NCBI RefSeq assembly: GCF_000143415.4
Contig: NW_003314288.1
Coordinates: 882,642 to 946,641 of the forward strand
Direction: 5' to 3'
Origin: Selaginella moellendorffii
Taxonomy: Eukaryota; Plantae; Lycopodiophyta
Length of the DNA: 64,000 bases
Positions 57,467 to 64,000 of this stretch are shown here, piece by piece. The notes beneath the pieces were generated by a model. That model saw only the letters and a program-made list of their open reading frames with translations, was not told the origin of the DNA and made no database searches. How positions within the stretch are numbered: position 1 is the stretch's first letter; the number at the start of each line of letters is the position of its first letter. The position numbers and the translations under genes are program-made.

Positions 57467-60400
57467 AGACAACAACAACAAAACCAGGAAAGCAAATTCA
57501 AGAAAATGATAATTCAAGAAAACTCTAGCACAACATCAAATGTACAAACACAATCTTGATCCACTCAAGAAATAAGTGTAAGATTACATACAAGAAATAC
57601 GAGAAGAGAAGAAACACTTGTAGAAAAAATTAGAAGTAAACAAGCAATAAAAGACTCAAGCTTAAATCGAAATCCTTGAGACTATATTCAAGACATTCGA
57701 CAAAATGACCTAAGCCACACAAGTTGGCAAATCAAGCAACATCAACACAACCAATGTCAAGGAAGACACAATCAACCAAAATTTAGACTTAGATCAAGAT
57801 TTACCACCACTCGAAATTCCTGATTACAAAGATTACAACACCGACAACTTTCAACCTTATCTAGCTTCTCTAGAAACTAAACCATCACCAACAGTAGAAA
57901 GATGGCACTCATCAACCCAACAACACCCTATGGCATCATGATTACATATCCAATCTTCACCAGTAGCAAAACTAAAGATGCAGAAAGACATTTCCAGCAA
58001 TTCAACTAAATTATATAAGTCAATCAGTAAGAAGACAACAAAGAACTTCTATTCCCTTTCACACTTAAAAGAAAAAGATTAGAATGGTATTATAATCTTG
58101 ATGAAAAACTTAAGTTTCAGAAAAAGTTAAGCGATTCAAAGAGAAGTACCAACCCGGTGGCACAACAGCTAAATACTTAGAACATCTCAAAAGCATCAAA
58201 CAAGGCAATAAAGAAGATATCAAAAACTATACCCAAAGATTCAAATATCAAGCAAAGTGCTACAAAAATTTACTCACTGAACAAGGTAAGTATATTTGGT
58301 ATGTACAGGGATTGAAGAAGATATACCAGCAAATGGTTACTCTCACAAGTACAAAAGAAGATCTAGATGCTGAGACCTTTATTGACAATATTTCCAAGAA
58401 AATCAAGAACCTCAAGAAATAGCTTTGAAAATTTTTAAGAGTAGAAACAACAAGAACAAACGACTCTTCTGATGATAAGGAAGAATACAAACTCAAAGTC
58501 ATGAAGAAAGACAAGAATCAAGACTTACCAAAATACTTAAAAAAGTTACAATCAAGAATGAACTTAAAGGAGTATAGTGTACAAAATGTAAGAACAAAAG
58601 GCATATCCTAATAAAGTGTAAACTATTAATTCCTAAGTGTTAGATCTGTGAAAAATAAGGATATATAACAAAGATCTGTTGATACAAAAGAGCAACTAAA
58701 GTCACACGAGTCAAGAACATACCTTGAACTCCTACACCAACTAAAAGACATTACAATAAACCCAGACAAGAATCATAACAGTGGTAATTGAACTACCAAA
58801 ATCAAGGTACATATAATCATAACCCTAGATACCATCGACAATACAACAATGGCAACCAAAACAATCAATATCAGCAACTATACCAATAGGCTTATCAGCA
58901 GCCTTATCGAGACAACCAACAATGGAGACCACCACCCCAGCAAAACAACTATTAATAACAATACCACAACAATCGACAATGGAAACCACCTCTGCAATAA
59001 CTAAACTATCAACAACAAAATCAACAATATGATCCACCACCTAGAATATTTCCTTGCAACAACTATCAATAGCAACCTCAAACTCAAGAAATCCAACCTC
59101 AATACCAACAACAAAACCAAGGAAATCGACCTCAGCAACATTGAAGACCTCCTCCAACAACAAGAAATGTCAACATCGACTAAATCGAAGATGAACACTT
59201 TGAAGATGAACCTAAGGTAAGAGCTCTAACTTGAAGTCAGAAAAAACACTACACTCCTGAAGATGACCTTGAGGAAAAGTCAAAGAAAAAAAACTCCAAG
59301 ATGAAGTGCAAAAAATCTCAAGGCACGAATGATAACAAAACAAGAAGCTAGTCAACACAATTCAGCAAACCCTTCAACAACAACAACCTGAAATTGAAGA
59401 CGATCAGGAAATTGTGACTAAAACTTTGTTAAGAAAAGAGAAACAACCAAAACCCATCACCAACATTTTTCAACAAGGTATCACACTCACCCTTTTATAG
59501 GTAGCTTTATACTTGAGAAAACAACTTCTCAAGATATGTCAAACTTCTCCACCAAAACACTTCAGCTTAAGTCAAGAAAAAAACCAACAACTCATCCCAT
59601 AAGGCAAACATTCAACCTAGCGACTATGATGAAGATGTATCATGCATCCCAATCACGATAGGAAAAAACAAAGTTATATAAGTAATCATCAATAGTAGAG
59701 CAAATATCAACATTATCGAGTATTCAAGTTGCAAAACAATGAGACTTGGACTAATCCACTCTACACTCTTCAACATCAAGATGGTTGACAATCGGAGTGT
59801 ACAACCATCAGGAATCATGCATAATATTCCTATCAAGATTAAAGATCAAGAATTTAAGATAGCTTTCATCGTACTCATGGCGAAAGACCAAAGCTACTAT
59901 GAAGTACTCCTCAAATGAACTTGGCTCAAGACAATAGACATTATCACATACTGGAGGAACAATACCATCACCATTTTAGTTGCAATAGACTACATGACAA
60001 AATGGGCTGAAGCTTAACCATTAAAGATTATTACAACAAAGAACACAATAAAGTTCATCTATGAAAACATCATCACAAGATATGGCTTACCTTGAGAACT
60101 TGTCATTTATCAAAGAACACACTTCATCAATAAAACCATCAAGATTCTAACTCATGAATTCACTATTCAGCACAAGGCTTCAACACCGTACTACCCTCAA
60201 GGCAATGGTCAAGCAGAGTCTACAAACAAGACACTCAAAAACATTCTCATGAAAATCGTGAAAATAAATTAGAAAGACTAGGACGATCACATCTACAATG
60301 CCCTATAGGCATATTAAACCACATATAAAGTTTCAACAAATTTGACACCATTCAAGCTCACCTATGGCCTTGAAGTTTTGACACCACTCAAGTATATAGT

Positions 60401-60485
60401 TCCATCACTACGAATGGCAATATAATATGAAATCAACCAAGAAGAATTGATCAAAAGAAGACTAACCATGCTAGAATAACTTATT
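57467..60485 (+). mobile_element. A-rich, heavily degenerate Ty3/Gypsy relic (gag, protease, integrase; RT/RNase H missing)
   Basis: Decayed zinc-knuckle-like segments ~58580-58680, protease-like VIINSRANINII ~59680, and integrase ILVAIDYMTKWAEA and TPYYPQGNGQAESTNKTLKNIL at ~59975-60250. Confidence 0.75.
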
Positions 60486-60525
60486 GCTAGCTAGGATCCT
60501 TTGACTATCTCATTTTGAAGCTTTG

Positions 60526-63280
60526 GAATGCTCAAGGAGTCTTTTCAAACTCAGCAAAGTTGCTGCTTCATATGATGGCCGAGGCTAACTATTATCAAGC
60601 AGTTCTTTTGATAGAGTTATGCAATCTCATGTGCAAGGCACTACTTTGATAATGTCCTATGACTAAGGAGGAACATGAGATGCATATGAGGCAAATGCTG
60701 CCACTATTGAGGGAGAACAAGCTGTATTCTAAACTGTCAAAGTGTGAGTTCTTCTTGGAGGAGATCAACTATCTTGGGCCACAAGATGGTGTGCAGGAAG
60801 ATCCTCAAAAGACTCAGATAGTCGTTGACTAGCTTGTTCCCCCTACTGTGCATGGGTTTCCTTGGTATGGTGGGAGTCTTTTGCCGGTTTGTGAAGGACT
60901 TCTCCTTGATTGCTGCTCCTTTGATGGATATGCTTCGAAACACCACCAAGCATGCTAAGTTGGTGTGGGGTGAAAGTGTCAAGAAGCATTTGAGCGGTTA
61001 AAGCAATCATGTATATTCTACAGAGATTTGCTTGTGATAAGCCACTTGTGGTAGAAGGCTAAGGCTCACACTATGGAGTCTATGTATTCAGAGGGTATGG
61101 CTCATGAGTCCTTTTCTCTTTCTGATCCTAGTGAGGCCATGGGTGTCAGTGTGGACCAAGGAGAGAATGTATCTACTCGTGTTCTAGTTGACACTACTGT
61201 CACTAAGCTTTCTGAAGGAGTGAAGAAGAATTGTATCAACTCATCTGAGCTGTACGGTTGTTTGTGCAATGAGTTGTGCATAGCCAAGTGCTCAGTGTCC
61301 TCTTTGACTTTGGTGCTACACATACTTTCATTAACAAGGCTAGTGATGAGGGTATAGGAGCTGTCTTGGTGCAAGACTGCTGTCCTATTGCCTACATAAG
61401 CCACAAGTTTGACGCAACTTAGTTGAACTGCCAACTCGGGTTGTAGTTGTTGCAGTCAAAGAGTGGAGGCATTATCTATATGGTTTGGATTTTTCATGTG
61501 GATAACTTTACCACTTGTCACTCTTTTCACTCGCTAGATAGAGCTTCGAAGCTAGCTAGCTCATTGACTGGAGTTTTTGCAGGAAATGGATGTGCAGATT
61601 CCAAACCACCAGAGGAGTTTAGCTCTGGGGTTTAAGGTGACAAAAACCGATTTCCCGAGGATTCCCGAGTAAAAGTCAAAGGGTAATTTTGACTGCAGAT
61701 TACTCGTGAATACGGAAGATTGATGTTTAAAGCAAAGTTGCTAGGTTTTCCAAGATCTACAACTTTTCTTTAAGACAATTTTCCTGTTTCTGAAAGGAGT
61801 AGACAGTAAAGGTGGTTGTTTCTCCATTGTCTAGGATGGTGAACTCTATCTCATTTGGGAAGCTCTCCAGTGGTTTGCTGGATGAAATTAAGGAGCTTGC
61901 TGACTTTGACTCTTTGTAGTGAAGGCACGTGCAGTTGTTTTGAAGGCCTCTTCCAATGCGATTGTGCTTCCTTCGATGTACAAGATGGTTTCCTAGTCAA
62001 GATAAATCGGGCTATGGTTCCTAGAGATGATGTTCTTTTACAGTGGATTCTGTAAGAGTGTCCGTTGCACCAAGTGCAGGACATCGAGGATGTGTGTTCT
62101 GGTAGAGACGCATTTATTTTGGCCTGGAATGAAATCAGGTGTTGATAAGTATGTGCACAGTTGTTAGACTGGCCTGACGGTCACAATGGATTGTCAGAAG
62201 CATGAAGGTCTCTACCATAGTTAACCTCAATGGAAGTGGGATAGCATTTTCTATGAGTTTCATAGTAGGCACTTCAAGGCAATGATGCTATCTGGGTTGT
62301 TGTGGATTGTGTGATGATGTTGGCTCACTTCTTCCTTGTGAAGATGAATGCTAAGGCTTTTGACCTTGCTCAGCTGTATTTCTCTATGGGCTGCCTAAGG
62401 ATGCTGTAAGTGATCGGGATCCCACGTTCACTTTGGAGTTTTGGCAGACGGTGTTCCAGAAGCTTGAGACAAAGCTGAGCATGAACATCCACAGTCAGAT
62501 GGACAAACAAAACAAGTTAATTAGGTGCTGGAAGACATGCTGAGATCGATTGTTGGTCATCCGAAGAGGCAAGGTATTTGGGAGAAGTACCTGCCTTTGT
62601 TAGAGTTTGCCCATAACTGTGCCTTCCATTTGGCTATTGAGATGGCTCCGTTTATGGAAATGTATGGCTTTCAACCTCGGTCCCCTGTTGGTATGAACTT
62701 GGCTACTCTTAAGGTGCACCAGGCAAAGGAGTTGGCTGATGAGCATCGTCAGCACAAGCAGTTTCAGGTTGGAGACAAGGTTTTCCTTCGGTTGTCTGAA
62801 GCTTCTCTTCAAGGTGGAGGTAGTTCTAAGTTGTCGCCATAGTACTGTGGGCCTTGGATTATTCTCAAACGAGTTGAAGACCTTGCCTATCAACTAGACT
62901 TGCCTAGTGGTGTGAAGATTTCTATGTAGGAAGTTGAAGGCGTGTTTGCATTCTGGTAATATCTTGGACCAGTCTGCGATCAAGATTCCAGAGATAGATG
63001 TTTGAAGGTTGGCCCTACTTGTGTGTTATAGCAACGGCTAGCACACACACATCATAAGACTTGGAGAGAGTTACTTGTTCAGTGGAATGGTTATTCTCCA
63101 TATGATGCTACATGGGAAGCTGAGGATGATGTTGTTTCCTAATTTTGAGTATGACTTCGATGACATTCCAGAGGAAGAGGAGAAGTAGTCGCTTGCTCCT
63201 ATCCTTTCTTTTCTGACCCCGTTGATGGCTGGAGGTGTTGTGTCACATGAGACAGTTAGTGGTTTTGTTAGCGGGATGCT
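60526..63280 (+). mobile_element. Degenerate chromovirus-type Gypsy pol 3' part (RT, RNase H, integrase, chromodomain)
   Basis: LRENKLYSKLSKCEFFLEEINYLGH, HPQSDGQT-like/LEDMLR..WEKYLPLLEFAHN, KLSP*YCGP, chromodomain LVQWNGYSPYDATWE (~63070-63125) and a PPT-like tract near 63225. Confidence 0.82.
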
Positions 63281-63284
63281 TTGC

Positions 63285-64000
63285 TAGCTTCTCTCTCCTC
63301 AGCTACTGTTCATCATAGTTGGAGCAGAGGGAAAAATGTCACCGTATTTCGTGATGAACCAGCTGATTCTGGACCTAGGTCTCTGATCAAAGAGCCAAAT
63401 ACCAACTGCAAATTTGCATGTGAAGAGGTGTTCAAGCATCTCCACGGGGTTTTCATTGCATAGAATACACAGAGTTTTGTGAACTGTGAGCCAATCACCA
63501 ACAGGGATGCTGTCTTGCACAAGAAGCCAGCTTACCTTAGCTTCCACCAGTGTCTTCCACATGTTCACAATGTACTTCCGATTCTTCAATTTTCGCATAA
63601 GCTTGGTGTCAATTTTATCCATCAAAAGCTCTCTGCCATGCTTAGACCTGTACATAAAAAAAGACACACTGAACTCATTACCTTCCCAGGATAACTGAGC
63701 CGGATCCTATATAAGATCAGATATAGGTACTCCCAAAACTAGTGTATTGCAGAGCATTCTCCCAGTTGAACCTTAGGATCCAGTTCAGTGTATTTCCCTC
63801 TCTGATGTATCTTCCTGATCCTTTTACCGAAGGCCATCCTGGGAACTGGGACCTCCTCGGGAACTATACATGGAAACAGTGCACCACTGTTATGGGGATA
63901 AAAAACAATACCTTGAGGTGATGGGGTTGTTTCCATAACAAAGATGATTTGAGTCTCAGCACCATCAAGCATTATCCAATCACGAACCTCGATAACTTCA
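63285..64000 (-). mobile_element. LINE ORF2 C-terminal relic (zf-RVT-like), continuing beyond the window
   Basis: ORF 63299-63667: W..V..KVSWLL..CILCNENPVEMLEHLFTCKFAVGIW, the CxxC..EHLF.C pattern of plant L1 ORF2. Confidence 0.65.

Overview
Eukaryotic plant nuclear DNA with short GT-AG introns, many PLS-class PPR genes and Ty3/Gypsy, PIF/Harbinger and LINE relics. The content best fits a lycophyte such as Selaginella, which is an inference and was not verified. The only clearly intact long gene is a 1472-aa PLS-PPR-E-DYW RNA-editing-type factor (31394-35812, minus strand), built from a young tandem array of 333-bp P-L-S triplets. A divergently oriented paralogue (37918-41333) has a different array, a frameshift and a precise 156-bp inversion in its DYW region. 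Both lie in a large inverted segmental duplication (~22708-35878 vs ~37810-45078). Also present are a GH29 alpha-L-fucosidase pseudogene split by a 7.76-kb Gypsy element, RRP5 pseudogene fragments, PPR pseudogenes, a Harbinger relic, degenerate Gypsy and LINE relics, and three copies of a non-coding LARD-like LTR element. The two most interesting signals are (1) shuffling of PPR half-motif alleles that yields all four RNA-recognition code pairs within near-identical repeats, and (2) a hairpin-dense core in the non-coding LTR element, with twin tRNA T-arm/B-box motifs and a duplicated multibranch module.
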